Below, in pieces: positions 27,685-37,732 of a DNA stretch of 42,648 nucleotides (position 1 is the stretch's first letter; each line of letters begins with the position of its first letter). This stretch comes from a virus. Its lineage: Duplodnaviria; Heunggongvirae; Uroviricota; Caudoviricetes. The position numbers and the translations under genes were made by a program. The notes beneath the pieces were generated by a model. That model did no database searches, was not told where the DNA came from, and saw only the letters and a program-made list of their open reading frames with translations. The stretch lies in the IMG/VR virus record IMGVR_UViG_2563366978_000002, positions 1-42,648 of that record, one strand, 5' to 3'.

Positions 27685-29103
27685 ATGCCGATTCAGCAAC
27701 TTCCGCTCATGAAAGGTGTCGGCAAAGACTTCCGAAATGCCGACTATATCGACTATCTACCAGTGAATATGTTGGCTACACCCAAAGAAATCCTTAACAG
27801 CAGCGGATATCTTCGCTCATTCCCGGGCATTGCCAAACGCTCTGATGTAAACGGTGTATCGCGCGGAGTCGAGTACAACATGGCGCAGAATGCTGTTTAT
27901 CGCGTGTGTGGTGGGAAGCTTTACAAAGGCGAAAGCGAAGTCGGTGACGTCGCCGGAAGTGGTCGCGTATCAATGGCGCATGGTCGGACATCTCAGGCTG
28001 TAGGTGTTAATGGTCAACTGGTCGAGTATCGCTATGATGGCACGGTTAAAACCGTCTCAAACTGGCCTACAGACAGCGGATTCACACAGTACGAGTTAGG
28101 TTCAGTTCGCGACATTACGCGCTTACGTGGGCGTTATGCGTGGTCAAAAGACGGAACTGATTCATGGTTTATCACTGACCCTGAAGACGAATCGCACCCT
28201 GACCGATACAGTGCACAATATCGTGCCGAGTCTCAGCCTGACGGTATTATCGGCATCGGAACATGGCGAGACTTCATCGTCTGCTTTGGTTCATCGACGA
28301 TTGAATATTTCTCCCTGACTGGTGCAACCACAGTTGGTGCTGCTTTGTATGTCGCACAGCCATCGCTGATGGTGCAAAAAGGCATCGCCGGGACTTACTG
28401 CAAAACGCCGTTTGCTGATTCCTATGCGTTTATCAGCAATCCGGCAACAGGTGCGCCGTCTGTATACATCATCGGCTCCGGTCAGGTGTCACCAATCGCC
28501 AGCGCGAGCATTGAGAAAATCCTCCGCTCCTACACTGCTGATGAACTGGCTGATGGCGTGATGGAATCGTTGCGCTTTGATGCGCATGAGTTGCTGATTA
28601 TCCATCTTCCGCGCCACGTACTCGTGTACGACGCATCTTCAAGCGCCAATGGTCCGCAATGGTGTGTGTTGAAAACAGGCCTGTATGACGATGTGTACCG
28701 CGCTATCGACTTCATTTACGAAGGCAATCAGATAACGTGCGGCGATAAGCTGGAATCTGTTACCGGGAAACTGCAGTTCGATATCAGCAGCCAGTACGAC
28801 AAGCAACAGGAACACCTGCTGTTTACTCCACTCTTCAAAGCAGATAACGCCAGAGTTTTCGACCTTGAAGTTGAATCTTCAACTGGCGTTGCGCAGTATG
28901 CTGACCGCCTTTTTCTCTCTGCAACCACTGACGGCATCAATTACGGGCGTGAGCAGATGATTGAGCAGAATGAACCGTTCGTTTACGACAAGCGCGTTTT
29001 GTGGAAGCGAGTCGGGCGCATCAGGAAAAATGTTGGCTTCAAATTGCGCGTTATCACGAAGTCACCTGTAACTCTGTCTGGTGCTCAGATAAGGATTGAG
29101 TAA
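27685..29103 (+). CDS. Tail accessory factor / packaged-DNA stabilisation protein (P22 gp10-like)
   Basis: 472-aa [52 protein letters not shown]..., very similar to P22 gp10 as recalled. Confidence 0.9.
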   Translation: MPIQQLPLMKGVGKDFRNADYIDYLPVNMLATPKEILNSSGYLRSFPGIAKRSDVNGVSRGVEYNMAQNAVYRVCGGKLYKGESEVGDVAGSGRVSMAHGRTSQAVGVNGQLVEYRYDGTVKTVSNWPTDSGFTQYELGSVRDITRLRGRYAWSKDGTDSWFITDPEDESHPDRYSAQYRAESQPDGIIGIGTWRDFIVCFGSSTIEYFSLTGATTVGAALYVAQPSLMVQKGIAGTYCKTPFADSYAFISNPATGAPSVYIIGSGQVSPIASASIEKILRSYTADELADGVMESLRFDAHELLIIHLPRHVLVYDASSSANGPQWCVLKTGLYDDVYRAIDFIYEGNQITCGDKLESVTGKLQFDISSQYDKQQEHLLFTPLFKADNARVFDLEVESSTGVAQYADRLFLSATTDGINYGREQMIEQNEPFVYDKRVLWKRVGRIRKNVGFKLRVITKSPVTLSGAQIRIE

Positions 29104-29951
29104 TGGCGGATTCATCACTGAATAATCCTGTCGCGGTTCAGGCTACGCGCCTTGATACTTCAATTTTGCCACGCAATATATTTAGCCAGTCTTACCTGCT
29201 GTATGTCATAAATCAAGGTGCTGATGTCGGCGCAATTGCCGGGAAGGCAAATCAGGCCGGACAGGGCGCTTATGATGCACAGGTCAGGAACGATGAGCAG
29301 GATGTGATTCTCGCTGACCATGAGCAGCGAATTTCTGCTGCGGAAGCAACGCTTGTTAATCATGAGGAGCGAATCAGCCAGGCAGAATCAACTCTTCAGG
29401 AACATGAAACACGAATATCTCAGAATGAAAGCGATATTGCGTCGCTTGATACCAGAGTTCAGTCGCTGGAGTCGCAGGTTTCAGATCATGAATCGCGCAT
29501 TGATGCTCTGGAGTATGCAACCACGCGCAAGAAGTCAGAGGTTGTTTACTCTGGCGTATCAGTAACCATTCCGACAGCGCCGACCAACCTTGTTAGCCTA
29601 CTGAAAACGCTCACGCCGTCATCCGGCTCGTTGGCACCATTCTTCGACACCGTTAACAACAAGATGGTTGTGTTCAACGAGAACAAAACCTTGTTCTTCA
29701 AGCTGTCGATCGTCGGGACGTGGCCCAGCGGAACCGCCAACAGGTCAATGCAGCTAACCTTTTCCGGCTCTGTCCCTGACACACTGGTAAGCAGTCGCAA
29801 CTCGGCGACAACGACCGATAACATCCTGTTAGCTACGTTCTTCAGCGTGGATAAAGACGGCTTTCTTGCCACAAATGGCAGCACGTTAACCATTCAGTCG
29901 AATGGTGCGTCGTTTACTGCCACAACCATCAAAATCATTGCGGAGCAGTGA
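29103..29951 (+). CDS. Tail needle protein (P22 gp26-like N-terminus with a different C-terminal knob, Sf6-like)
   Basis: 282-aa ORF; N-terminus [61 protein letters not shown] matches P22 gp26 as recalled; heptad coiled-coil middle; divergent C-terminal ~120 aa. Confidence 0.85.
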   Translation: MADSSLNNPVAVQATRLDTSILPRNIFSQSYLLYVINQGADVGAIAGKANQAGQGAYDAQVRNDEQDVILADHEQRISAAEATLVNHEERISQAESTLQEHETRISQNESDIASLDTRVQSLESQVSDHESRIDALEYATTRKKSEVVYSGVSVTIPTAPTNLVSLLKTLTPSSGSLAPFFDTVNNKMVVFNENKTLFFKLSIVGTWPSGTANRSMQLTFSGSVPDTLVSSRNSATTTDNILLATFFSVDKDGFLATNGSTLTIQSNGASFTATTIKIIAEQ

Positions 29952-30430
29952 TGGAAATAAAGCTCATCGATAATCCGGTGAAGCTTGCAGAATTCCTCAA
30001 CAACCCAGCAAATACGGGGAATATCGTAGATAGCGGGGATTCGTATCTCATCAAGCATGATGCGCTATACCTTGGAATCTATGAAGGACTGATGCTGGTC
30101 GGAGTGCATGAAGTGCGAAACTTCTGGCATAGCGTTGTTGAATGCCATGCGGTGTATGACCCCGGATTCCGTGGAGAATATGCACTGCAAGGGCATCGAT
30201 TATTCTGCAAATGGCTTCTCGAAAACTCACCATTCCTTAACAGCATCACCATGGTTCCTGACACAACGAAATACGGACGGGCAATTATCCGTTTGCTTGG
30301 CGCTACCCGTGTTGGTCACCTTGATGATGCTTATACCAGCAATGGAAAGCCTGTAGGCATCACGATTTATCAGTTACCGCGCTCAAAATACGAGGAGCTA
30401 ACGAATGTTAATTTTCCAGATTGCCAATAA
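29948..30430 (+). CDS. gp14-like head assembly/ejection-associated protein
   Basis: 160-aa ORF at the position of P22 gene 14 (between tail needle and ejection-protein genes); assignment is positional. Confidence 0.5.
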   Translation: MMEIKLIDNPVKLAEFLNNPANTGNIVDSGDSYLIKHDALYLGIYEGLMLVGVHEVRNFWHSVVECHAVYDPGFRGEYALQGHRLFCKWLLENSPFLNSITMVPDTTKYGRAIIRLLGATRVGHLDDAYTSNGKPVGITIYQLPRSKYEELTNVNFPDCQ

Positions 30431-31079
30431 GCACCTCAGCAAAACTGTTTACTGCAAAGGTGGCAGTGATGGTGGTTCAAAAGCCCAGGCACGCGCAACT
30501 GAAAAGGGCATCGAACTGCAGCGTGAAATGTGGCAGACGAATATGCAAAACCTTGCACCGTTCACGCCACTCGCTCAGCAGTACGTATCACAGTTGCAGA
30601 ATCTTTCCTCTCTTCAGGGGCAAGGTCAGGCGCTTAACCAGTATTACAACTCTCAGCAGTATAAAGACCTTGCAGGTCAGGCGCGCTATCAGAGCCTGGC
30701 AGCAGCAGAGGCAACTGGTGGATTAGGCTCTACAGCGACAGGAAACCAGTTAGCAGCAATCGCACCTACACTCGGTCAAAACTGGCTGTCAGGTCAGATG
30801 AACAACTACAACAATCTGGCAAATATCGGCCTTGGTGCTCTTACAGGTCAGGCAAACGCCGGGCAGAACTACGCTAACAACGTCAGCCAATTGTATCAAC
30901 AGCAGGCGGCGGCAGCGGCAGCAAATGCGAATAAGCCTTCAGGCCTACAGAGTTTTGCTACAGGTGCCATTGGTGGGGCCGCATCAGGTGCAATGATTGG
31001 TAGTGCAGTTCCTGTTATTGGGACTGGTATTGGTGCCCTTGCTGGCGGTGTTATCGGTGGTCTTGGATCATTGTTTTAA
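30405..31079 (+). CDS. Ejection (injection) protein, gp7-like
   Basis: 224-aa ORF, GAGGAG RBS; Gln/Ala/Gly-rich low-complexity protein with Gly-rich hydrophobic C-terminus, at the position of P22 gene 7. Confidence 0.6.
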   Translation: MLIFQIANKHLSKTVYCKGGSDGGSKAQARATEKGIELQREMWQTNMQNLAPFTPLAQQYVSQLQNLSSLQGQGQALNQYYNSQQYKDLAGQARYQSLAAAEATGGLGSTATGNQLAAIAPTLGQNWLSGQMNNYNNLANIGLGALTGQANAGQNYANNVSQLYQQQAAAAAANANKPSGLQSFATGAIGGAASGAMIGSAVPVIGTGIGALAGGVIGGLGSLF

Positions 31080-31088
31080 GGTGGGAAT

Positions 31089-32363
31089 ATGGCTACTTGG
31101 CAACAAGGAATCAACTCAGGCGGCTTTCTTGCTGGTATCGGTGGGCAAAACTCAAATGCGCCAAAGGCAAGTGATGTAAGTGAGGCGTTGGCCTATATTC
31201 GCCAGAACAACGAAATGGAGCGCTCAGGTCGCAATAACATCGGCCTTCAGGCGTTGCAGGGGCTTGGTAGTGTCGCTCAAACATATCAAGCCGCAAAGCA
31301 ACAGGAAGCGGATGCTGCATTCCAAAAAGAATATGCGGCAGCCATCCAGTCAGGTGATCGACAGCAGGTGCGAGATTTGATGACCAAATATCCTGGTCAA
31401 TTAGAGAAGATTCAGTCTGGCATGAAGTGGGCAGACGAAGACCAGCGTGATGAAATTGGCAATCTAGCGGCAGGCGGTCAAATTGCCTCCATGATGGGTG
31501 GTGATGCATTTAGCAAGTGGATTGGAAACAATGCAACCAGATTGTCTAATCAGGGGGTAGACCCACAACAACTCCTCAGTATGTATCAAAAAGACCCACA
31601 AGCAACATCACAACTTATCGGACAATATGGTCAGTTTGCATTAGGCCATGAAAAGTATTGGGATTTGCAGGACAAGATGGTTGGTCGCCAGCAGGAGCAG
31701 CAAAGAATTAACGAAACAATCCGTAATAATGACATGACAAATGCCAGAGGGTGGGCAAGCAACAATATTGCGCAACAAAATGTCAATCTTCGTCGAATGG
31801 AATTAGAGGACAAGAAATACGACAGACTCATCGCAAATGAAACTAATGCCTTAAAACTTGCTGAATTGCAGGACAAGAGATTGCAGAATCAGCAAGCTAT
31901 GGAGCAGGCAAAGCGAGATAAGGCTGATGCGTACAACTCTGGAATGGATAATCTTTCCAGAACGATAGAGACGGCTACAAAAGTTCTTAATAGCCCGGGT
32001 TTCACGGGATATTTCGGAACAAACCTAAACCCACTATCGAGTAGATTCATTCCAGGAACGGAGGCTGCTGATACAGAAACTCTGGTTGACACACTGAAAT
32101 CTCAGGGATTCTTATCTGGCATTCAGCAGATGAAAGGGATGGGGGCTTTAAGTAATGCCGAGGGGCAAAAGGTAATGGATGCTATTGGTAGTTTGTCCCC
32201 AAATCAGTCTGAAAAATCAGCCAGAGCAGCTATCAAAACAATCATAAAAACCACTGAGATGGCTCAGAAACGTATGCAACAGAAATACGGGAAGGACATA
32301 CAACCGTCTCAACAGCAGCTTTCTGATGATGACCTGATTAATAAATATCTCGGAGGGCAGTAA
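31089..32363 (+). CDS. Ejection (injection) protein, gp20-like
   Basis: 424-aa Gln-rich protein at the position of P22 gene 20. Confidence 0.6.
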   Translation: MATWQQGINSGGFLAGIGGQNSNAPKASDVSEALAYIRQNNEMERSGRNNIGLQALQGLGSVAQTYQAAKQQEADAAFQKEYAAAIQSGDRQQVRDLMTKYPGQLEKIQSGMKWADEDQRDEIGNLAAGGQIASMMGGDAFSKWIGNNATRLSNQGVDPQQLLSMYQKDPQATSQLIGQYGQFALGHEKYWDLQDKMVGRQQEQQRINETIRNNDMTNARGWASNNIAQQNVNLRRMELEDKKYDRLIANETNALKLAELQDKRLQNQQAMEQAKRDKADAYNSGMDNLSRTIETATKVLNSPGFTGYFGTNLNPLSSRFIPGTEAADTETLVDTLKSQGFLSGIQQMKGMGALSNAEGQKVMDAIGSLSPNQSEKSARAAIKTIIKTTEMAQKRMQQKYGKDIQPSQQQLSDDDLINKYLGGQ

Positions 32364-34483
32364 TGGCCTATAGTCGTGAACAGTTGATGACGGCGTTAAG
32401 GAATGCTGATGCTGCCGGCGATACTGAGGGAGCACGTCGCATTGCTCAGATGCTGTCTTCTGATGATCAATCCACTCAAAACCAATCGCAGCCAGAAGAA
32501 CAATCTCTGGTAGGAAAAGCTACTGACTGGCTCACTGGTGGTCAAAGTGCAGGGCAAATTGCAGAACAGGCTGGTCGTGGTCTGGTAAACATACCATTTG
32601 ACGTATTGCAGGGTGGCGCAAGTCTGATTAATGCAATCAGCCAGGGGCTTGGTGGCCCCAAGGTTTTGGATGATGTCTATCGTCCAGTCGATCGACCGAC
32701 AGACCCTTACGCGCAAGCCGGTGAAACAATTGGTGGGTATCTCCTGCCAATTGGCACAGCGGCAAAAGCTGCTGGAGCGCCAGCAAAGCTCGCAGGAGAC
32801 ATCGGTTCAGCAGGAAACATGATTGCCGGTTCTCTTGCTGATGCTGCAAATCAGGAGGGTGATTTTGCACAAAATGCTGCCATTAACGGTGGTATCAATA
32901 TTGGTGCTCAAGGCGTTCTTTCAGGTGTCGGGCGCGTTATTGCCCCAAGAGTTTCACAGGCTCTTGGTGGTGCAGCACTGAATTCTGCTAATGATGTTTC
33001 GAAAATGGCAAAGTCTGGTACAGGAAGAGAGATTATTGCCAGACAGTCAGCTAACGTGTCAGACGAAATAGCAAAAGCAGCAGATACTGCTGGAATAGAT
33101 ATCAACGCATTAACTCCTGGCATGAGATCAGGTAGTCGTGGTCTTGCTCAGGCGGAGGGGATTCTGGCGTCAAAGCCCGGAATTACACAGGATGCACACA
33201 CCAAAGCATTCAGTGAAATAGAGTCGAAATTTAACTCAGCATTGGATGAGTTTGGGGCTGAAGCAGGAACTGCATCAGAAAAAAGTGCAGCCATAAAACA
33301 GAGGGTTTTGGCAAGCATTGATAAAATGAAAAATTCAGAAAAGGCCGCATGGGATAGCGTCCGCTCCACGATGCCTGACGCAAAGGCCAGAATGTCAAAC
33401 CTGAACGCTACAATTCAGGGTGATATTTTGGCTGGCATGCCGCTAACTCCTGAGATGAAACAATTCGCATCTGCTTATGCTAAAACTGGTAAAAAAGGAA
33501 TCACGTTTGATGCCATGAAGGCATGGCGAAGTAAACTTGCTGACGCAGAGCAGAAGTATATAAGGTCTGGTGAGGCAAATACGGCAAGGCGCATGGCTGA
33601 GCTTCGTGATGCAGCAACGGAAGATATGCGCATAATGGCTCAAAATGGCGGTTTTCTTGATGACTGGCAAAAAGCTAATGACCTGTCAAAGGCAAGATTT
33701 ACAGCACAAGAACAGGCTGAAGCAGCGTTTGGCAGAGACCTTGCAACTGATCAGTTGGTAAATAATGGCTCTAAGGCGTTACAGGGCTCAGCAAAAAGTG
33801 GAACAGGTCAGTTCCATAAAATAATAAGCGCCCTACCTGAGTCGGAACGCGCGCCAGCAATTGCATCAATATTACAAGATGCAATGTCGCAAGGGGTACG
33901 CGGAGGTAAGTCCGAAGAGGCTGGAATTAAGCATATCGCGACTATTCTTACCCCACAAAACGTGAAGGCAATTAGTCGATATTCTCCAGAACTTGGCAGG
34001 ATTACAAGTTCATACGGAGAACTTGCAAGAGCAGCAACAAAGCCACTTCGATATGTTGAACAGACAGGGCGATCTATGCCAGCCATTAGCACTCTTGAGA
34101 ATGGCCTTCATCCAGTTTTAGAGAGCGCATTGTCTGGCGCTTTTAGAACTACTGGCACTATCGCAGGGTTCTCTGGAGGAGGCGTTATTGGAGCAATAGC
34201 GGGTGGCGCTGCAGGTGGAGCAATTGATGCAATGGCAAAAGGAGCGATAGCGAAATTATCCGCAACTAGAAGCGGTCGTTACGCTATTGAAAAGGCTGTT
34301 CAAGAGGCAACAAAGGCAGTTAAGGTTGGGGCAAGTGATGGTGCATTAGCGGCGGCGGAACGCAGATTTATGGCAAATAAGGCCGCCGTAAAAGCAATAC
34401 GCGAGGCACTAGGAAACGAAGAGTTCCAGCGTTTAGCAAGGGCTGGAATTGTGGCATCGCTAAGCGGAATGGCACAGGAGTAA
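32363..34483 (+). CDS. Ejection (injection) / DNA transfer protein, gp16-like
   Basis: 706-aa Ala/Gly-rich protein at the position of P22 gene 16, last gene of the rightward structural operon before the immI region. Confidence 0.6.
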   Translation: MAYSREQLMTALRNADAAGDTEGARRIAQMLSSDDQSTQNQSQPEEQSLVGKATDWLTGGQSAGQIAEQAGRGLVNIPFDVLQGGASLINAISQGLGGPKVLDDVYRPVDRPTDPYAQAGETIGGYLLPIGTAAKAAGAPAKLAGDIGSAGNMIAGSLADAANQEGDFAQNAAINGGINIGAQGVLSGVGRVIAPRVSQALGGAALNSANDVSKMAKSGTGREIIARQSANVSDEIAKAADTAGIDINALTPGMRSGSRGLAQAEGILASKPGITQDAHTKAFSEIESKFNSALDEFGAEAGTASEKSAAIKQRVLASIDKMKNSEKAAWDSVRSTMPDAKARMSNLNATIQGDILAGMPLTPEMKQFASAYAKTGKKGITFDAMKAWRSKLADAEQKYIRSGEANTARRMAELRDAATEDMRIMAQNGGFLDDWQKANDLSKARFTAQEQAEAAFGRDLATDQLVNNGSKALQGSAKSGTGQFHKIISALPESERAPAIASILQDAMSQGVRGGKSEEAGIKHIATILTPQNVKAISRYSPELGRITSSYGELARAATKPLRYVEQTGRSMPAISTLENGLHPVLESALSGAFRTTGTIAGFSGGGVIGAIAGGAAGGAIDAMAKGAIAKLSATRSGRYAIEKAVQEATKAVKVGASDGALAAAERRFMANKAAVKAIREALGNEEFQRLARAGIVASLSGMAQE

Positions 34484-34813
34484 TTAGTCATCCATGGATG
34501 GATTGAGCTTATCTCGTGTTGATGTGGCAATTTTCCCAACATTTTTCAACCAAGATTTTAAGAAGGATATGTCGTCCTTAATATCATGAATATCCTCATT
34601 CTTTATACGATCAACCTTATCCTCTAGGCTCTCTATAGAACGCTCAATGCTAGACAGAGAGATTTTTAAGTCTCCTTGATCACGTTCCAGTGAGGATTTG
34701 AGAGCACAATATTCGTTTTCTAGAATTCCTATTTTTTTTGTTAGAGAGTGCATTCGATACTCATACACCAAACCAGAAACGACTAATGCAGCCAACAGAA
34801 ACCATTCAAGCAC
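34484..34813 (-). CDS. Small membrane-anchored coiled-coil protein (moron; candidate exclusion/effector component)
   Basis: 109-aa ORF, GTG start preceded by AAGGGGG; N-terminal hydrophobic helix LEWFLLAALVVSGLVYEY then heptad-like region; AT-rich; 20 nt downstream of the YafO-like gene. Confidence 0.5.
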   Translation of the reverse strand: MLEWFLLAALVVSGLVYEYRMHSLTKKIGILENEYCALKSSLERDQGDLKISLSSIERSIESLEDKVDRIKNEDIHDIKDDISFLKSWLKNVGKIATSTRDKLNPSMDD

Positions 34814-34835
34814 ACTAACCCCCTTAGTTGATATT

Positions 34836-35255
34836 TTATTTGTATGAAATCAACGAGTTAAGCTCCCTCTCATTTAGAGATTGGAATCTTTTTTCAGTTA
34901 TATCAATGATGGCTGGCAATAGTTTTTTTACCTTCTCATGACCATCAGGTTTAATGATAGCAATGATCTGGATATGAATTGGATATGTGTTGTGTACCGC
35001 AAATATCAAAAAGTTATCGCTAACTCTACGATGTATTGGCGTTGTTTTTAACCAAGGATCATCTACTCCAGGGATCCTGATGTGCGACTTGTAAATTCCC
35101 GATAAGACGGCGTGATGGTTTCTCTCAAACCCACCAATCTTACCAAGATAAGCTGAAACGGTGCCTCTGTTTTTGTAGTTTGCAAGAGCCTTCGCAAAGT
35201 ATTGTTCTAATGGTCCAGCCGCTGCATCTACAACAATGCTTATGCGGTTTTCCAT
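34836..35255 (-). CDS. YafO-like putative toxin (ribosome-dependent mRNA interferase family) - tentative
   Basis: 139-aa basic protein; ...IHIQIIAIIKPDGHEK... resembles the ...LLIAILKPEPH... region I recall from E. coli YafO; start ATG lies inside the last codons of the upstream gene (translational coupling). Confidence 0.45.
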   Translation of the reverse strand: MENRISIVVDAAAGPLEQYFAKALANYKNRGTVSAYLGKIGGFERNHHAVLSGIYKSHIRIPGVDDPWLKTTPIHRRVSDNFLIFAVHNTYPIHIQIIAIIKPDGHEKVKKLLPAIIDITEKRFQSLNERELNSLISYK

Positions 35256-35839
35256 TTTGGTGCTTCCATGCCAAATCTTTTATGTGAATCTTCAACTGAT
35301 TTCTTGAATGAAGCCAACTCTTCTTCAGTGAACTCTTCAGGTTCAGCATATGATAGTGGTATGTGCTGCATTGCTAGCGTCACAAGCCCCATAGTTAGCC
35401 TTTTGTATTCTATAAAAGTATTTATTGAGTGGTTTTTCATTGTTGTAAGAGTTGACATATGGGGCTTCCACGCATCGCTGTTCTCAGCGATGAAGAAGGT
35501 ATACAACAGTTTCGCGATACCATAATCAAGCTTAGATATTTGATCGTTCAACATATCTACATCGTCATGTTGAATATCAAGTGAGGAAATATCTTCTTCC
35601 GTACCATTACTTAATATGTCAATGAATGTAATGTACTTTTTGCAAACTTCCTCTACAGGTGACATAACGCAGTAGATCTTGCTAAGAGCTTCAGAAGCCT
35701 GTTTTTTAGACAAAGAGCCGCTATGACTGCGATCAAAGTCTGAAATTGAACGCTCGATAGATGTTGATATGTCAGAAAAAACGTTTTCAATTTTTCCTGG
35801 CTCTTGATTCAGGATGGCCATAACGCCTATCTCAATCAC
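35240..35839 (-). CDS. Hypothetical acidic protein, upstream partner of the YafO-like gene (candidate antitoxin/immunity or sensor)
   Basis: 199-aa ORF (alternative ATG at 35821); no TM segments; 16-nt overlap with the downstream gene; 43 nt downstream of the mnt stop on the same strand. Confidence 0.5.
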   Translation of the reverse strand: MIEIGVMAILNQEPGKIENVFSDISTSIERSISDFDRSHSGSLSKKQASEALSKIYCVMSPVEEVCKKYITFIDILSNGTEEDISSLDIQHDDVDMLNDQISKLDYGIAKLLYTFFIAENSDAWKPHMSTLTTMKNHSINTFIEYKRLTMGLVTLAMQHIPLSYAEPEEFTEEELASFKKSVEDSHKRFGMEAPKWKTA

Positions 35840-35881
35840 AATGTATACCTTGTTATTTTATATCAACGAACAAACATTGAC

Positions 35882-36130
35882 CTATCTGGTCTCGTACATT
35901 TTTTTCAGGGTTTCAAACACCATCTTCTTAACAATTTCTGCTTGCTGATCAGCCAAGCGTTCAGCTTCGTCTCGATAGCCTGCAATCGGTGATGGCTTTG
36001 AGAGAGCATCCTGAACGATTTGTAATAACTCAGAGTTCATTGACCTTCCGTTAGCCTCTGCTCTTAATTTCAATTTTTCTCTTACTTCCAAAGGCATACG
36101 GAAGTTAAAGTGCGGATCGTCTCTAGCCAT
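35882..36130 (-). CDS. mnt: Mnt repressor (ribbon-helix-helix, P22 immI)
   Basis: 82-aa ORF MARDDPHFNFRMPLEVREKLKLRAEANGRSMNSELLQIVQDALSKPSP... matches P22 Mnt as recalled. Confidence 0.9.
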   Translation of the reverse strand: MARDDPHFNFRMPLEVREKLKLRAEANGRSMNSELLQIVQDALSKPSPIAGYRDEAERLADQQAEIVKKMVFETLKKMYETR

Positions 36131-36152
36131 GCCATCACCCCAAGTTAGTGTA

Positions 36153-36204
36153 TTGACATGATAGAAGCACTCTACTATATTCTCAATAGGTCCACGGTGG
36201 ACCT
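36153..36204. promoter_or_regulatory. immI control region: pant -35/-10, Arc operator and Mnt operator
   Basis: TTGACA (36153..36158); ATGATAGAAGCACTCTACTAT (36158..36178) matches the P22 arc operator as recalled; palindrome AGGTCCACGGTGGACCT (36188..36204) matches the P22 mnt operator. Confidence 0.8.
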
Positions 36205-36220
36205 ATATTGTGAGGTGAAT

Positions 36221-36379
36221 ATGAAAGGAATGAGCAAAATGCCGCAGTTCAATTTGCGGTGGCCTAAAGAAGTATTGGATTTGGTGCGTAAGGTGGCGGA
36301 AGAGAACGGGCGATCTGTTAACTCTGAGATTTACAAGCGAGTGATGGACAGCCTGAAGAGAGAGGGGATTACGGTATGA
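36221..36379 (+). CDS. arc: Arc repressor (ribbon-helix-helix, P22 immI)
   Basis: 52-aa ORF MKGMSKMPQFNLRWPKEVLDLVRKVAEENGRSVNSEIYKRVMDSLKREGITV, near-identical to P22 Arc as recalled. Confidence 0.9.
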   Translation: MKGMSKMPQFNLRWPKEVLDLVRKVAEENGRSVNSEIYKRVMDSLKREGITV

Positions 36380-36645
36380 AGGTGTCATTGCTTGATCGTT
36401 CTTTACAATTTTTGTCTGGCGCAATCATTGTAGTTTGCTTGCTCGTGATTTTTACATCGTTAATAAATATGTATCAATCAGGGGAACGATTGACAAAGAC
36501 GATAGAGGAAAAAAAATCAGTCTCAAATTACGAAGTATCACATGCACATAACGATTTAGTAGAAAGCCTTGACCGTATTAACAAGAGGCTTGACGAGACA
36601 AATATGCTACTTAAGCAAATTCAAAATGAAGTGGAAAAACGTTGA
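36376..36645 (+). CDS. Small membrane-anchored coiled-coil protein inserted between arc and ant
   Basis: 89-aa ORF with ATGA overlap with the arc stop; N-terminal hydrophobic helix (FLSGAIIVVCLLVIFTSLI) and coiled-coil-like C-terminus; AT-rich. Confidence 0.5.
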   Translation: MKVSLLDRSLQFLSGAIIVVCLLVIFTSLINMYQSGERLTKTIEEKKSVSNYEVSHAHNDLVESLDRINKRLDETNMLLKQIQNEVEKR

Positions 36646-36675
36646 AGCCCCAACTGCGGGAACAGTCAGGGCTTC
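36635..36675 (-). terminator. Minus-strand intrinsic terminator, candidate 3' end of a sar-like antisense RNA
   Basis: Minus-strand hairpin GAAGCCC...GGGCTTC followed by U5 (plus-strand AAAAA at 36635..36639); located just upstream of the ant start on the opposite strand. Confidence 0.4.
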
Positions 36676-36708
36676 GGTATCGTAAAACCACGCATAGGAA
36701 TTAACGAC

Positions 36709-37632
36709 ATGAAAAGTATAGCAACAGCAGTATCTACTATCAATGTACCATTCCACGGCGCAGAGCTTTATGTTGTCAATCACAACGGTGAGCCGTACAC
36801 CCCAATGAAACCTATCGTTGAGGGAATGGGTATGGATTGGGCTTCACAGTTTACAAAGTTAAAACAAAGATTTGCTAAAGGTATTGTGGAAATCGCAATA
36901 CCTTCAGTTGGCGGTGTGCAGACCATGATTTGCCTTGCTTTACGTAAACTGAATGGCTGGTTGCAAACCATCAGCCCTAACAAAGTCCGCCCTGAAATCC
37001 GCGACAAGGTAATCCAGTATCAGGAAGAGTGTGACGATGTGCTATACGAGTACTGGACTAAAGGCCATGTAGTTAACCCACGCAAAGCTAAAAAGGCGTT
37101 GCCGGGTAAAATCACCACTGAACAGCAGGAAGCCATTAAACAACTCGTCATGAGTCGCGGTCAGTCTCTGCCAAAGGAAAAACAGGCTAAGGCGATGATC
37201 ACCATGTGGTCGTCACTGAAATCTCATTTTGGGTGTTCATACAAAGAAATCAGTGAGGAGCAGTTTACCGAAGCTCTGTCACTTGCAGCTCGCGTTCCGC
37301 TTGAAGGCGAGTTAATCGGCAAACAAGAGAAGAAAGCAAACGAGCTTTCTGCAAAAGAAGCAAACAGCCTTGTATGGTTATGGGATTATGCCAACCGCTC
37401 ACAGGCATTATTCCGCGAACTGTATCCGGCGCTAAAACAAATTCAATCGAACTATTCCGGCAGATGCTACGACTACGGTCATGAGTTCTCGTATGTTATC
37501 GGAATGGCGAGAGACGTTTTAATCAATCACACACGAGATGTTGATATCAATGAGCCAGACGGACCAACGAATCTTTCCGCATGGATGAGACTTAAGAATA
37601 AAGAATTACCTCCTTCAGTTCATAACTACTGA
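36709..37632 (+). CDS. ant: Antirepressor Ant
   Basis: 307-aa ORF downstream of arc in the immI operon, size close to P22 Ant (~300 aa); N-terminal domain resembles AntA-type antirepressor domains; followed by a strong terminator. Confidence 0.6.
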   Translation: MKSIATAVSTINVPFHGAELYVVNHNGEPYTPMKPIVEGMGMDWASQFTKLKQRFAKGIVEIAIPSVGGVQTMICLALRKLNGWLQTISPNKVRPEIRDKVIQYQEECDDVLYEYWTKGHVVNPRKAKKALPGKITTEQQEAIKQLVMSRGQSLPKEKQAKAMITMWSSLKSHFGCSYKEISEEQFTEALSLAARVPLEGELIGKQEKKANELSAKEANSLVWLWDYANRSQALFRELYPALKQIQSNYSGRCYDYGHEFSYVIGMARDVLINHTRDVDINEPDGPTNLSAWMRLKNKELPPSVHNY

Positions 37633-37651
37633 CAGATAACCAACGCAACGA

Positions 37652-37675
37652 CCCAGCTTCGGCTGGGTTTTTTTA
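37652..37675 (+). terminator. Intrinsic terminator after ant
   Basis: CCCAGC-TTCG-GCTGGG hairpin followed by a T8 run. Confidence 0.7.
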
Positions 37676-37732
37676 TGCCCAAAATTCACCGTAGCCATGC
37701 TGCGGCGATTCCTTGTATCTGGAGAAAATTAA

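Noticed and set aside
31111-33670. Multiple 70-130 aa ORFs on the minus strand within the gp20/gp16-like genes
   Set aside because: Antisense to long ORFs that occupy conserved positions in the injection-protein operon.
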